Under the pieces are notes generated by a model, which was not told where the DNA came from, searched no databases, and was given only the letters and a program-made list of their open reading frames with translations. Both the position numbers and the translations under genes were made by a program. Of a stretch of 64,000 bases of DNA, positions 40,001 to 55,000 are shown piece by piece (within the stretch, counting starts at the first letter, position 1; every line of letters starts with the position of its first letter). The stretch lies in contig OY740820.1 of assembly GCA_963514005.1 (NCBI GenBank), positions 8,494,001 through 8,558,000 on the forward strand, written 5' to 3'. The stretch comes from Raja brachyura. Taxonomy: Eukaryota.

Positions 40001-43000
40001 ACTCATATCTACTTCCCCTATAAACCTTTTTGCCACAATGTTACACTAAAATAGTTTATAGTTGTTAATTTACCTTGTGGAAATGGGAGGCAACTGGAGC
40101 ATACCATCATTTAAGAAGCAGACTGCGACAGCACCAAATCCAGCCTGGTTCCCCAAAACCGTGAGCATCAATGCTGTCCTGAGTGCAGTTCTCAACTAAC
40201 CTTGGAAGCTTGTTACGACTTCTGAGAAAGTTGAGAGAGCTATGCATTTCTAAAATTCTGCATAGCAGTACGGCACGGTGGCACAGCGGTAGAGTTGCTG
40301 CTTTACAGCGCCAGAGACCCAGGTTCGATCCTGACTACGGGTGCTGTCTTTACAGAGTTTGTATGTTCTCCCTGTGACCGAATGGGTTTCCTCCGGGTGC
40401 TCCGGTTTCCTCCCACACCCAACGACATGCTGGTTTGTAAGTGAATTGGCTTCAATAAAGTTGTTAATTGTCCATACTGTGTGTGTGTAGGATAGTGTTA
40501 CTGTACGGGGAAGGCTATTTTGCGCAGACTCAGTGGGCCGAAGTGCCTGTTTCTGTGCTGTATCTCTAAACTAAACATTCAATTAATTCAGAATACAAAT
40601 GTAAAAAATCTTAGGAAATTTAAAAATGAAAAGTGAAGCTGAGTATGTTTGCTGAAGATGAGTGTGTTGAGGTAATATAATGAAGTGGCCTCTACAAATG
40701 GTTCTAAGAAAAGTGTTTGGATAGAGAGAGAATTAAAACATTGAAAAGTGTATACGTAGGATTGGGGTAATAAAGAGACTATTTCTGAGTTTTTTAGTCC
40801 ATCTCTCAACACTTGTCTTAGACAAATAGTTAAGTTTAGTTTAGAGATACAGTACAGACACACTGCTACATCTTCAGCTACTGAGTCCGCACCAACCAGC
40901 GATTTCTCGCACATTAATATTATCCTACACACACCAGGGACAATTTAGATTTATACTAAGCCAATTAATCTGCAAACCTGTACATTTTTGGAGAGTGGGA
41001 GGAAACCGAAGATCTCGGAGAAAACCCAGACGGTGACATGGAGAACGTACAGACAGCGCCCGTAGTCGGGATGGAACCCGGGTCGCTGGCCCTGCAAGCG
41101 CTGTAAGGCAGTAACTCTTCCGGTGCGCCACCGTGCCGCACTTAACCTTTAATCAATATTTTATTTTTTAATCGGTCTTTCATTCTAACTTCAGCTCTGG
41201 TGTTGTCTGGGAAATGAAACGCAAGCAACGCTGGAAGCCATTTAGTCAAAAGCACATCAACCTTTTGGAGCACGCCTACCAGAAACACCTGACTACAAAG
41301 ACCGTCGATCACTGGATAAAGTTGGACAGTAACTTGGAGGTAACATAAGAGTTCTAGTCTTGTTGAAGCTGGGCCCCAATGAATGTGCCAGCTCACAATG
41401 GTAGAGGTTTTTGACTCTGTTCCTGGAATTGTTCCAATCTTCAAACGTTAACAGGTTGTCTCATGAATTTGCTTTTTCCTTTATGGGCCTTAATTTAATA
41501 AACATTGTTCTCTTCCCCTCAAAGATAGACACAACAAGCTGGAGTAACTCAGCAGGTCAGACAACATGTCTGGAGAAAAGGAATAAGTGATGTTTCGGGT
41601 CGAGACCCTTCTTCAGGGGAAAGGGAAACAAAATATAGACAGTGATGTAGAGAGATATAGAACAAATGAATGAAAGATATGCAAAATAGTAAAGGTGATA
41701 AAGGAACCAGGCTTCCCCTCTTCTCCTCCATTGATCCATCCACCCTCATTTGACTGGTCAACAGCTTTTGGTAGATTACTTCTTTTAAAGTTACTTTTTC
41801 CAAAGCAAAACATGAAATGTTCTGATCAATTATGTTGTGCATTTTCACTGTAGATCAGTACAATTTACAGTGATTATATAAATTGGCAAACAAGATAAAT
41901 GAACCACCACAAACTGATGGACTGTTTCTAAATGGTGCTGGCTCGAAGGGCCGAATGGCCTCCTCCTGCACCTATTTTCTATGTTTCTAAGTTTTCGTAT
42001 GTAAATATGCTCAGTTGGATGTTGGATAATGAAAATACATTTCTTTCTTTACCTCACTTTCTGCTTCCAACATGTAGAAATTCTGAGATAAATGTTTGTG
42101 CAGATTTTAAAGAAAACTACACAGTATAAATTGGTCATGCAGCTGCAACCTTCTCTTCTTGGTAGTCATGAAGAATAGTATTTCTATTCTAGCTTTACCC
42201 AATACCGTATGTTACGTTGTTTAATAGAGTATCCTTGCACGACTGTCAATGGAAGCGATCGCTTGTCAATTTCAGTGGCCACCCACGGTTAAAGCACATG
42301 TGTCAGGAGAGCTAATGGTGTCTGATCACTGCAGGGAGTTATATGGAAATAGATTTTTTTTCCCCTATACAAGTCCACAGCCAAGTTTCCGGCACCCTTG
42401 GTCCCAGAGCCTTGCTCTTTATCTCTTTACATCATCGTCTATATCTCTCGGTTCCCTTTTCCCTAACTAGTCTGAAGAAGGGTCTCGACATGAAACGTTA
42501 CCCTTGCCTTCTCATCAGAGATGCTGCCTGTCCCGCTGAGTAACTCTAGCTTTTTGTGTGTATCATTGTTAGATTATCCTTTTTGCCGGACCAACAGTGG
42601 TCATTGCCTTGGGGAGCCAATATAGCAGCCCACAAAGTCGACCGTGGAACACGGCAATGGGAGCGGATCTGCCGGCTCCAGCCGGTCCGGAGTTCCTGAG
42701 CCCCGTCCACAGGGGGCAAATGCGACCCGCCGATCGGTCGTGGAAGTCCCGATGAGGTCGAGATCCGCTGCCTCACCCGGCCTAGGTGCAGCATTTTTGT
42801 TGGGACAACCGGGGATGATTTCAAGTGCACTCTTGTCATTATGTCTGGGTTAAAGGAGGTGCCACTAAATCGGTGGTGGACCTGTACTATTTAAATCCAA
42901 GACACCATTTTTTCTGTGTGGTAATCTCCGTAGTAAATATTAAGTGGTTCACTAGTTCCGGATCGAAAACGTGTTCGGACCAAAACAGCCCATGTAATGC

Positions 43001-46000
43001 AAATAGTTTTCCCGAATTCATCGCTCTGTTGCAGCAGAACTACACATATACCCAGTTACATTTGACTAACAGCCCTGTATCTCTCACAGTGCGTGAGTAC
43101 AGGATGATGTACCACGGTTAGTTTACTAATGCGCTGCTATGTCTGCTATCATGACAAATTATCCCATGGTTTTTTTTTCACTTTAGGCTAATTTTCACAG
43201 GATGGAGACACGGCTGCCGCAGCCAATGAGCATCCGACGTAACTTTTTATCTGGAATTCACATTGAATACAAACAGTCTGCACACCACAGGAGCCTGCGT
43301 GCCCAATTATACTGGTTACAGGTAACGATGGAGCTTGTACGTTCAGTGAGTCATCGTCCTTCTGGCAGTGTTGCAGAGTTTTGGACAGGTGCATGGATAG
43401 CAAAGATTTAGAGGGACATGGGGCGAACATTGGCAAATGGGACTAGCTTAGATTGGGCATCTTGGTCGGGATGGGCAAGTTAGGCTGAAGGGCCTGTCTC
43501 TGTGTTGGACTCTATTGCTTTGTGAAGGTTGGTTTGCTGTTGGGATTTAGGGCAGGTCACTAGTTGGTCAGTTACAGTTTGAGGAGTTCAGCCACTTGAC
43601 AAACAAGGTGGAGATGAAATATTTTACCTGATTGGTCCTTGTTTGGTGAGAATTTTGTTGAGATAATCAAGTTTGTTACGGATTATTAGATTCAGTATTT
43701 TACACAAGATTCTGATAAGAAAAATGAAGCTCCGTATTCCACATGCTGACTCTCCTTTGAGTAATGTCCTCTGGCATTTTGGACAACTAGTAGAAACAAG
43801 GAACTGCAAATGCTGGTTTACAAAAAAGGACACGCACTGCTGGAGTAACTCAACGAATCAGGCAGCATCTGTGGAGAAAAGGAATGGGTGATGTTTCGGG
43901 TCAGAGCCCTTCTGAGAGAATCTGCTGAAGGGTCCCAATGTGAAACATCATCTATCCATGTTTTCCAGAGATGCTGCCCGACCTGCTGAGTTACTTCAAC
44001 ACTTTGTGTGTGTTTTTTTTAAACCATACATTAGTATTTTTACAATCTACTGCTGTTTTCTCACTGCCCAGTAATTCCAACACAAAAAACGCACAATTTC
44101 TTCCCTGAAACAAAGTTGTGGCTTTACGTCACAATGTAATATATATTGTCCAATATTTATCCTACGGTCAGTATCATTAAAATAGATTATCTGTTCAACG
44201 TGACACTATGGGCAGTACTTTTCCTTCAAATAAATATAGAGGTCTTTATTTTGTCCAAGTGTGTAGGAAGGAACTGCAGATGCTGGTTTATACCAAAGAT
44301 AGACATAAAGTGCTGGAGTAACTCAGCGGGTCAGGCAGCATCTCAGGAGAAAAAGGATGGGTGTTGTTTTAGGTCGGAACCCTTCTTCAGACTTAAATTG
44401 TCCAGGGTTTATTTTAGAAATGCAATGTAAATATATTTTCTTCCTGAAAATGGTGAAATGTTATGCTTCAGTTTGAGGTTGTCATGCCATTTTTGATCTT
44501 TGAGATATTAAAATAAAGATATTTATATAGAGTCCATGAGTAATAAACTCTGAACAATCGGTGAAAATAGAAATAATCTGCAGATGTTCGAAATCAGAAG
44601 TTAGAAATGTTGGAAACAGCAGGTCAGGCAGCATCTTTGAAAGGGAAAATGTTTCTCCTTTGTCAGAACAATTTGACATGAGTAGCCCCAGAATTCTCAT
44701 TATATTTCTGTAATGGTAGAATAAATGACTTTCAGACTATTTGAATTGTTTTACTTTCAGACTATTTAAATTGTTTCTCTGTGACAGATTGATAATCAGC
44801 TGGCCGGAGCGATATTTCCAACAGCATTCTATCCTGTGCTCCCTCCTAAGTCTATCGCATTGGATTCAGGTGAGCTCAGTCAGTGTGTTGGAAAGAACTG
44901 CAGATGCTGGTTTAAATCAAAGACAGACACAAAATGCTGGAGTAACTCAGTCAGAAGAAGAGTCTCGACCATTCCTTTTCTCCAGAGATGCTGCCTGTCC
45001 CACTGAATTACTCCAGCATTTTCAATCAGTGTGTTTATCTATAAATAACATTACAAATCTTTATATTTTATATTTGCTCTCTTTAGAACCAAAACCATTT
45101 GTTGACATAAGTATCATCACAAGATTTAATGAACACAGTCAAGTGATCCAGTTCAAGTGAGTAAAATGTCTTTGCTCCTGGTGGAGTTGTTCAATCTACT
45201 GATGCTAATGTGCAGTTTTTAAACATTAAATAATCCACATAGTCTGGGGATCTGGATACAGATTGTCCTGCTCACTGGTAACGTGGCCAGACGCTACGAA
45301 GAGCTGGCCACGCAACTCTACACAGGGACTAATTGAATTTCACTGCCAGTCATTAGGCCTAATAGTTTTATTTTGACTTGCTACAAACTCCCCGCCTTCC
45401 TTCAGATCGCCAAAACACTATTCCAGTTCACATTAGTTCTAGTTTAGTTTATTGTCACGTGTACTGAGGTACAGTGAAAATCTTTTGTTGCGGAAAATCA
45501 ATAAATACTTACAATCGAGCCATTTACAGTGTATCGATACATGATGAGGGAATAACGTTTAGTGCAAGGTAGAGCAAGTACAGTCTGATCAAAGATAATC
45601 CCAGTGTCACCTACGAAGTAGATAGTAGGTCAGGACTGTTCTGTGGTTGTGGGAGGATGGTTCAGTTGCCTGATAACAGCTTGGAAGAAGCTGTCCCTGT
45701 ATCTGGAGGTGTGCGTTTTCACACTGCTATACTGTTTGCCCGATGGGAGATGAGTAATAAAGTGTTTCCAGGACTTTACACCCCTTGGATGTATTCCTGA
45801 CGAGCTACTGAAGTGCATGAAGCTCATAAGCAACTCAGATTAAGGCTGAAACTAAGATCGCTTTGCAGGACTTTGGTCAGGCATATTTGGTTAGGATTTA
45901 TTAATATTTGGAGCATTGAGTGCAGTTCTGGTCATCACACTACAGGAAGGATGAGTGTGGGTTTTGGAAAGGGTGCAGAGGAGGTTTACAGAATGCTGCC

Positions 46001-49000
46001 TCGATTGGAGGATATTAATTACAAGGAGAGGGTGTTGCCAGGACGAGAGGGTCTGAACTGTAGGGAGAGGTTGAGTGGACTCTATTCCTTGGAGAGCAGG
46101 GGGATGAAGGGTGATCTTATAGAGGTGTATAAAATCATAAATGGAATAGATCTGGTAGATGCACAGAGTCTCTTGCCCAGAGTAGATGAATCGAGGACCA
46201 GAGGACGTGGGTTTAAGGTGAAGAGCAAAAGATTTAATTGGAATCTGAGGGGTAGCTTTTTCACACAAAGATGGTGGGTGTATGGAACAAGCTGTCAGAA
46301 GAGGTAGTTGAGGCTGGGACTAGTCCAACATTTAAGAAACAGTTAGACAGGTACATGGATAGGGCAAGTTTGTACATGGAGGGATATGGACCAAACGCGG
46401 GCAGGTGGGACTAGTGTAGCTGGGTCATGTTGGCCGGTGTGGGCAAGTTGGGCCAAGGGCCTGTTTCCACACTGCAGCACTCTATGACTCGATGTGAGTT
46501 TGGGCAAACATGGATTGTATTCGCTGGCTGAGTGGAGACCTGAGGGGTATATAAAATGATGAGATATGGTAGACGCCCCTGAAACTTTGTTCCCCAGGGT
46601 GGAGATGGCAACAGCTTTAAGGTGACAGGGGTAAAGTGTGGGGCCGGTTTTATATGCAGAGGATGGTGGGTGCGTGGGATGTGTTGCCAGGGATGGTGGT
46701 GGAGGCAGGTACGACAGTGGAGTTTAAAAGGCTCACACGGATATGCAGGGAATGGAAGGATGTGCAGGCAGATGAGAAATATTATCTTGGTAACATGTTT
46801 GTTATTGACATTGTGAGGCAAAGGTCCAGTTCCTGGGCTACACTGTTTGGTGTTCGATTTGTCTGTCACCTTCTTCCCTTCCTGTATTATTCAGACACAA
46901 ATACTCCGTACTTCCTTGTGCTCTTTAATGGTGTTTATCGACCTTCCTCCTTCACTGCCTCTCCATCAGTGTTCAGATGGTGCCAAGTAATAGCCTGCAG
47001 GTCACAAGTAATAGCTTCTCATTCATTTGTTGTCAGCAAGGATCTATACCTTGTTCCTATTTATTTCTAGTTGACACCAATATCTAACGGTCATTCTTCA
47101 CCTTATACTGCTGACGCCCGCTCTGCCTACAATTACATCTCTGGTCCCCTCCATTCCCTTTTTAGTCAAACAATCAACAACTGAGTAGCTGGAAGTTTGC
47201 TCCCATTGATTCATTGCAAACCAAATGTAATTTTCTCCATCTTTTACCTTTGTTTCCCAAACCATGACCCTGTTCCTGATATCTTTCTGAGAATGGAGAA
47301 GGCCAGAAAGTGCTGGAAACATTCGGCCGATTGAGAATAGCGTTAATATTTCAGGTCGATAGTTTCATACTGATTGATGTTTATGAGGGTGGCGCAGTGG
47401 TAGAGTTGCTGGCTCACAGCGCCAGAGACCCGGGTTCCATCCTGACTACAGGTGCTGTCTGAACGGAGTTTTAAATTCTCCCCGTGACCTGCGTGGGTTA
47501 CCGAGATCTTCGGTTTCCTCCCACACTCCAAAGACGTGCAGGTTTGTAGGTTAATTGGTTTGGTATAAATTTTCTGCAATGTGTGCAGGGTAGTGTTAAT
47601 GTGTGGGGATCGCTGGTCTGTGCGGACATGGTGGGCCGAAGGGCCTGTTTCCGCGCTGTATCTCAAAACTAAACTAGAGGTCATCTATTGCACCTTCGTC
47701 TCACTTTGAGATCTCATTTGAAACAAGTTGGACAGTCAGGACATTGTGATGTGCCCTTATTCTGTTCCTCAAATAGACATTTTGCACAGTATCTGGATGT
47801 TTCTAACCAAGCTTTTTTTTAAAGGCAGTACACAACCTCATTTACTTCATTTCCCTTTCAGATACTTCATGGTCTTGATTCAGGAGATGGCGGTGAAGAT
47901 TGACCAGGGATTTCTCAACGCACTGATTACACTGTTTACTCCAGCTTCAGACCTGGTGGGAACCCAGAAGGTAGGTTCAGCACAATGATTATTCTTGGTA
48001 ACGTTGCTGCGTTCACATTCACTCACAATCGTCGCGGCACAGCTGCATTAAACAGCTGTTTCATTTTTCGGATTTTCCTCTTGCTAAAATTGCCCATTCT
48101 ATCATTTAGCGCAACAAGTGGGTGAAAGGTGTTGCCAATACCTATGAACACAACTTATTTGGCTTCCTAAAGCTCACTGACTCCACCTGAATCTGTTGGT
48201 GGGGTCATTATTTTAGCTGGTAGGGGTAAGGAAAATTATTGCCGTGACCAGCTTTTTGGGAAATGTAGGTTGACCAAGATGCATGCCAGCACTTGATGGG
48301 TTACAGGAGTCTCAGGGCTTTTTCTTAGCCTTTAGGTGGTGAGTGAAGTCTGCTTGGAAAGGAGAGTGCTTTGTTGTTTATGACAGCGTTCGTCGACCAG
48401 TTGGTGTTGTGAGATGTGAACCAAAACACATTTAATTCATTATTACGAGGGCACTTAGGGTGCAATGAGTAGAGTGTGCAACCATGCTTTTGTAGGAATC
48501 CCAACATTGTATACCAGCCTGATTTGAGAGCCAAGATGTTAGGATTTTGTATCTCGGATCAATGGGAGTATTGACATTGAATCATATCCATACCCGTTTA
48601 AACTCATTTCACATGCAAAGTAAGTATTCCTTGGCATTCTCTGTACAATACCATCAAAAGCCAGACAGTTAAATATTTGATAGCTTGAAGGTGAGAGGGG
48701 CAAAGATTAAAGGAGATGTTTTGGACAAGTTTTTCAACACAGTGGGTGGTGAGTGCAAGGAACTTGCTGCCAGGAGTGGTGGTGGAGGCAGATACAGTAG
48801 TGGCATTTAAGGGACATGTGGATAGGCAGATGGATATGCAGATAATGGAGGATTATGGATGTAGAAACAAAGAACTGCAGATGCTGGTTAATGCACAAAG
48901 GGACACATAAGATAAGATTGTCAAGGGCTTGGACACACTAGAGGCAGGAAACATGTTCCCGATGTTGGGAGAGTCCAGAACCAGGGGCCACAGTTTAATA

Positions 49001-52000
49001 ATAAGGAGTAAGCCATTTAGAATGGAGACGAGGAAACACTTTTTCTCACAGAGAGTGGTGAGTCTGTGGAATTCTCTGCCTCCGATGGCGGTGGAGGCAG
49101 GTTCTCTGGATGCTTTCAAGAGAGAGCTAGACAGCGCTCTTAAAAATAGTGGAGTCAGGAGATATGGGGAGAAGGCTGGAATGGGATACTGATTGGGGAT
49201 GATCAGCCATGATCACATTGAATGGCGGCGCTGGCTCGAAGGGCCAAATGGCCTACTCCTGCACCTATTGTCTATTGTCTATTGACACAAAGTGCTGGAG
49301 TAACTCAGCAAGTCAGGGAGCATATGTGGAGAACATGAATTGGTGACATTTCTGATCAAGACCTTTCTTCAGACTAAGATCCTTCTTCAAACCAAAATGT
49401 TCAAATCTCAACTCAGCGGGACAGGCAGCATCTCTGGAGAGAAGGGATGGGTAACGTTTTGGGTCGAGACCCTTCTTCAGACTGGTTAGGGATAAGGGAA
49501 ACGAGAGATATAGATGGTGATGTGGAGAGATAAAGAACAATGAATGAAAGATATGCAAAAAAGTAACGATGATAAAGGAAACAGACCATGGTAAGCTGTT
49601 TGCAGGGTGAAAATGAGAAGCTAGTGCGACTTGGGTGGGGGAGGGATAGAGAGAGAGGGAATGCCGGGGCTACCTGATGTGAGAAAAATCAATATTCATA
49701 CCACTGGGCTGTAAGCTGCCCAAGCAAAATATGAGATGCTGTTCCTCCAATTTGTGTTTAGCCTCACTCTGACAGTGGAGGAGACCTGGGACAGAAAGGG
49801 CTGTGTGGGAATGGGAAGGAGAGGTAAAGGAGGACACTTTAGAGGTGAAAACTATCCTTTGGATCAAACTGTTGTAGCAGCACTAATGTAGTGTGGCCAT
49901 TGCTTAATATTTTAATTGCTTCCTTGCACAATAATTGGATCGCACCTGGCAATGATAAGATTATGGTGATGTTGATTCTGGTTTCTTTTGTAGACCAGTT
50001 TGATAGACCGAGATATGGAATCGATAAAGGCGGAATTGATAGAAACGTCCATAACTGATGCCTCCAGCCTGAGTTTCTTTGAGTATTTCCACATCTCACC
50101 AATCAAGGTAAAGGGATTGACTCCTTGTCGATTTGATACAGAATTAAGGTTGTTTACATTTGATACAGAATTTAAGTTGGTTTACTGTATCTATGTTTAG
50201 TTTAGAGATACAGCGCCGAAACAGGCCCATCGGCCCACCGTGTCTGCACCCACCAGCGATCCCCGCACGTTAATGAGAATTATTCTTAATGAGACATGAG
50301 AATTAAGGAACAGAAGTTTAGGGGTAACATGAGGGGGAACTTCTTTACTCAGAGAGTGGTGGCTGCGTGGAATGATCTTCCAGCAGAAGTGGTGGAGGCA
50401 GGATTGATTTTAACATTTAAAAGTAAAGTGGATAGGTATATGGACGGGAAGGGAATGGAGGGGTATGGTCTAAGTGCAGGTAGATGGGACTAGGGGAAAA
50501 TAAATGGTCAGCACGGACTGGAAGGGCCGAGAAGACCTGTTTCCGTGCTGTAATTGTTATATGGTTAACACAATCCTACACACACTAGGGACAATTTTCA
50601 TTTGTACCAAGCCAATGAACCTACGTCTTCAGAGTGTGGGAGGAAACCGAAGCTCTCAGATGAAACCCACGTCGGTCACGGGGAGAAGGTACAAACTCCG
50701 TACAGACAGCATCAGTAGTCCGTGTCAAACCCAGGTCTCTGGCAGTGTAAGGCAGCATCTCTACTGCTGCCACCGTGCCTCCCATATAGATGGTATTAAT
50801 AATATGCTAGTTTTAACCTCAGTCATATTTGTTTCTCTTTTTGCATAACTGTGTTAATTGAGATAACGCAGCTTTGATTTGTTTTCTCTCTTGCATATAA
50901 ATATTACATTTCTCGGCTGAAGTTTTGTTCTTTTTCCAAGTTTGCTCTAACACTGATGGCTTTGCATAAATATTAGTAAACTGAACAGTTGCCACTGATG
51001 ATTTTTTATTCATTACTTCGAAAGAAAGGAAAATTGGAGGCGATGTTATACTTGGCCGGGGAACAATTTCCACATTGCTAACTAAAGCTCAGTAGCTGGT
51101 GTAATGAAAATTGCTGTCAAATAAATGAATAGAGTTATAAAGCATGGATACAGGCCCTGTGGCCCAACATGCCCATGTCAGCCAAGATGCCCCATCTATG
51201 CTAGTCCCACCTGCCCATGTTCGGCCTATATCCCTGTAGACCTTTCCTATCCATGCTTCTATCCAAATATCTTTTTGGATAAATTAAACTAAACCAAGTG
51301 TAGAAACAAGGAACTGCTGATGCTGATTAGACCAAAAATAGACACAGTGCTGGAGTAACTTAGTAGGTCAGGCAGCATCTCCGGAGAAAAATGATGGGTG
51401 ATCTTACAGCTTGGGACCCTTCCTGGGGGGGCGAGGGGATGTTGAAGGTGCGAGTAAAGACCAGGGACACCAATTACCTGGGCAAGTCGGTGCCCTGATA
51501 GGCCCATTGTTGGCTTGGTATGATCTCAAGGTGTGATCTCAAGAGGGATATAATTTGGAGAGCAGTGGAACTGGTAAAATGAACAGAGTGGGGGGAAGGG
51601 GTAGGGGAGTGTAAGTAGATGTTACTTAAACTTACAGAATTCAATGTTCATACTGCTGTGTTATAAGCAAGCCAAGTGAAATATGAGGTGCTGTTCCATC
51701 AATTTGTGTGTGATCACAATCTGGCTCATCCAGGACAGAAAGGTCAGAATGGGAAGGGGTTGAAATTGTTGGCAACCAGGAGATCCCGTAGGCAGAGCGA
51801 GCACAAGCGTCCAACGAAACAGTCGGCGAGTCTATGTTTGGTCTCGCCAGTGTACAGGACCCAACCAAACTAAATGTTGTTATAGTACCTGCCTTAGCTG
51901 CTTCCTCTGGCAGCTCATTACATGTACCCACCACTTCTATTAAATCTTTCACCTCTTGCCTGAAACCTATATCCCCTGGTTCTTGATTCGTCTGGTAGAA

Positions 52001-55000
52001 ACACGGAACTGCAGCTGCTGGTTTACACAAAAGGGCACAGGGCTTTGTGTCTAGCGCTTTGTGTCTATCCATGTTTCTGCATTTGAACCTGACAAGTATG
52101 GGGTTTCCATAAAAATGTCATCTCCACCTTTCTACAAGCATGTCAAAAGATTCAAGAGAGTTTATTGTCATGTGTCCCTGATAGGACAATGAAATTCCTG
52201 CTTTGCTTCAGCACAACAGAACATAGTAGGCATTGACTACAAAACAGATCAGTGTGTCCATATACCATTATATACGTATATACACACATGAATATGGATA
52301 TTAAAAGCATATTCCTACTCTGGATTCTATTTGCCACAAGTTGATTGTAGACATTCTGTTCTCTTCTAACAGTTACATCTAAGCTTGTCTTTGGACTCGG
52401 GAGGCGAGGAGTCAAGAGGTACAAAGCAGGAAGCAATGCGACTCCAAACTATCCATGTTTTGCTCACGAGCATTGGAGCAACATTAACGGACGTTGATGA
52501 CCTGATCTTTAAGTAAGTAGCACAAGCTGTCTTAACGTTTGGGGTATTTTGTCCCACAATATGTTTTAATGCTGAGGTAAGGGTTGACAGTGGATGTGCA
52601 ATGGAAGGTATTTAAAGAATGCATGGATGAAGTACAAAAGTTGTTCATACCAGTTTGGCAAAAGAATAAATCGGGGAAGGTGGTGCATCCATGGATAACA
52701 AGGGAAATCAGGGATAGTATAAAAACAAAAGATGAGGCATACAAATTTGCCAGAAAAAGCAGCCTACCGGAGGACTGGGAGAAATTCAGAATCCAGCAGA
52801 GGAGGACAAAGGGCTTAATTAGGAAAGGGAAAATAGATTATGAAAGGAAACTGGCAGGGAACATAAAAACTGACTGCAAAAGTTTTTCTAGATATGTGAA
52901 GAGAAAGAGACTAGTTAAAACAAATGTTGGTCCCTTGCAGTCAGAAACAGGTGAATTGATCATGGGGAACAAGGACATGGCAGACCAATTGAATAACTAC
53001 TTTGGTTCTGTCTTCACTAAGGAAGACATAAATAATCTGCCGGAAATAGCAGTGGAACGGGGGTCAAATAAGATGGAGGAACTGAGTGAAATCCAGGTTA
53101 GCCGGGAGGTGGTGTTGGGTAAATTGAACGGATTGAAGGCCGATAAATCCCCAGGGCCAGATAGTCTGCATCCCAGAGTACTCAAGGAGGTAGCCACAGA
53201 AATAGTGGATGCATTAGTGATAATTTTTCAAAATTCCTTAGATTCTGGAGTAGTTCGTGAGGATTGGAGGGTAGCTGATGTAACCCCACTTTTTAAAAAA
53301 GGAGGGAGAGAGAAAGCGGGGAATTACAGACCAGTTAGTCTAACATCGGTAGTGGGGAAACTGCTAGAGTCAGTTATTAAAGATGGGATAGCAGCGCATT
53401 TGGAAAGTGGTGAAATCATTGGACAAAGTCAGCATGGATTTACGAAAGGTAAATCATGTCTGACAAATCTGATAGAATTTTTCGAGGATGTAACTAGTAG
53501 AGTGGATAAGGGAGAACCAGTGGATGTGTTATATCTAGACTTTCAGAAGGCTTTCGACAAGGTCCTGCATAAGAGATTAGCATACAAACTTAAAGCACAC
53601 GGTATTGGGGGTTCAGTATTGATGTGGATAGAGAACTGGCTAGCAGACAGGAGGCAAAGGGTAGGAGTAAACGGGTCCTTTTCAGAATGGCAGGCAGTGA
53701 CTAGTGGGGTGCCGCAAGGCTCAGTGCTGGGACCCCAGCTATTTACAATATATATTAATGATTTGGACGAGGGAATTCAATGCAACATCTCCAAATTTGC
53801 AGATGATACCAAGCTGGGGGGTATAGTTAGGTGTGAGGAGGATGCTTGGAGGCTGCAGGGTGATTTGGATAGGCTGAGTAAATGGGCAGATGCATGGCAG
53901 ATGCAGTATAATGTGGATAAATGTGAGGTTATCCACTTTGGTGGCAAAAACATGAGGGTAGACTATTATCTGAATGGTGGCAGATTAGGAAAGGGGGAGA
54001 TGCAACGAGACCTGGGTGTCATGGTACACCAGTCATTGAAAGTAGGCATGCAGGTGCAGCAGGCAGTGAAGAAAGCAAATGGTATGTTAGCATTCATAGC
54101 GAAAGGATTTGAGTATAGGAGCAGGGAGGTTCTACTGCAGTTGTACAGGGTTTTGGTGAGGCCACACCTGGAGTATTGCGTACAGTTTTGGTCTCCAAAT
54201 CTGAGGAAAGACATCCTTGCCATAGAGGGGGTACAGAGAAGATTCACCAGACTGATTCTGGGTATGTCAGGACTTTCATATGAGGAAATATTGGATTTTA
54301 CTCGCTGGAATTTAGAAGATTGAGGGGGGATCTTATAGAAACTTACAAAATTCTTAAGGGGTTGGACAAGCTAGATGCTGGAAGATTGTTCCCGATGTTG
54401 GGGGAGTCCAGAACAAGGGGTCACAGTCTAAGGATAAGGGGGAATTCCTTTAGGACCGAAATGAGGAAAACATTCTTTACACAGAGAGTGGTGAGTCTCT
54501 GGAATTCTCTGCCACAGAAGGTTGTTGAGGCCAGTTCATTGGCTATATTTAAGAGTGCGTTAGATGTGGCACTTGTGGCTAAAGGGATCAGGGGGTATGG
54601 AGAGAAGGCAGGTACGGGATACTGAGTTGGATGATCAGCCATGATCACATTGAATAGCGGTGCAGGCTCGAAGGGCCGAATGGCCTACTCCTGCACCTAT
54701 TTTCTATGTTTCTATGTAATCAGTTCGGGGGGGGGGGGGGGGGGGGGGGGGGTAGCTGTCTGATGAACATAACGCTGTATTTATTTTAATACTTTTATAA
54801 TATTGCAGAAATGTACGTGCTGATGACAAATTAATTTATCTGCAGTAAACATGCAATTATGGCGGAGTGAACAGCCACATTTGAATTTTAATGAGGTAGA
54901 GAACAAATGGAAGAGGTGTGCAAGATAAAAGCAGCAATATGGTCAACAGGATAATACAGAAGTAAAGAAAATGAGCACCACGTTTCATTTCTTCAGGGGT

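Noticed and set aside
42715-42720. CTCF-like motif near ccacagggggca
   Set aside because: The 5' half aligns poorly with the consensus; too weak to call.
43199-43201. Alternative acceptor cacag|G for exon I
   Set aside because: It would break the phase with exon H; the acceptor ending at 43186 keeps the frame.
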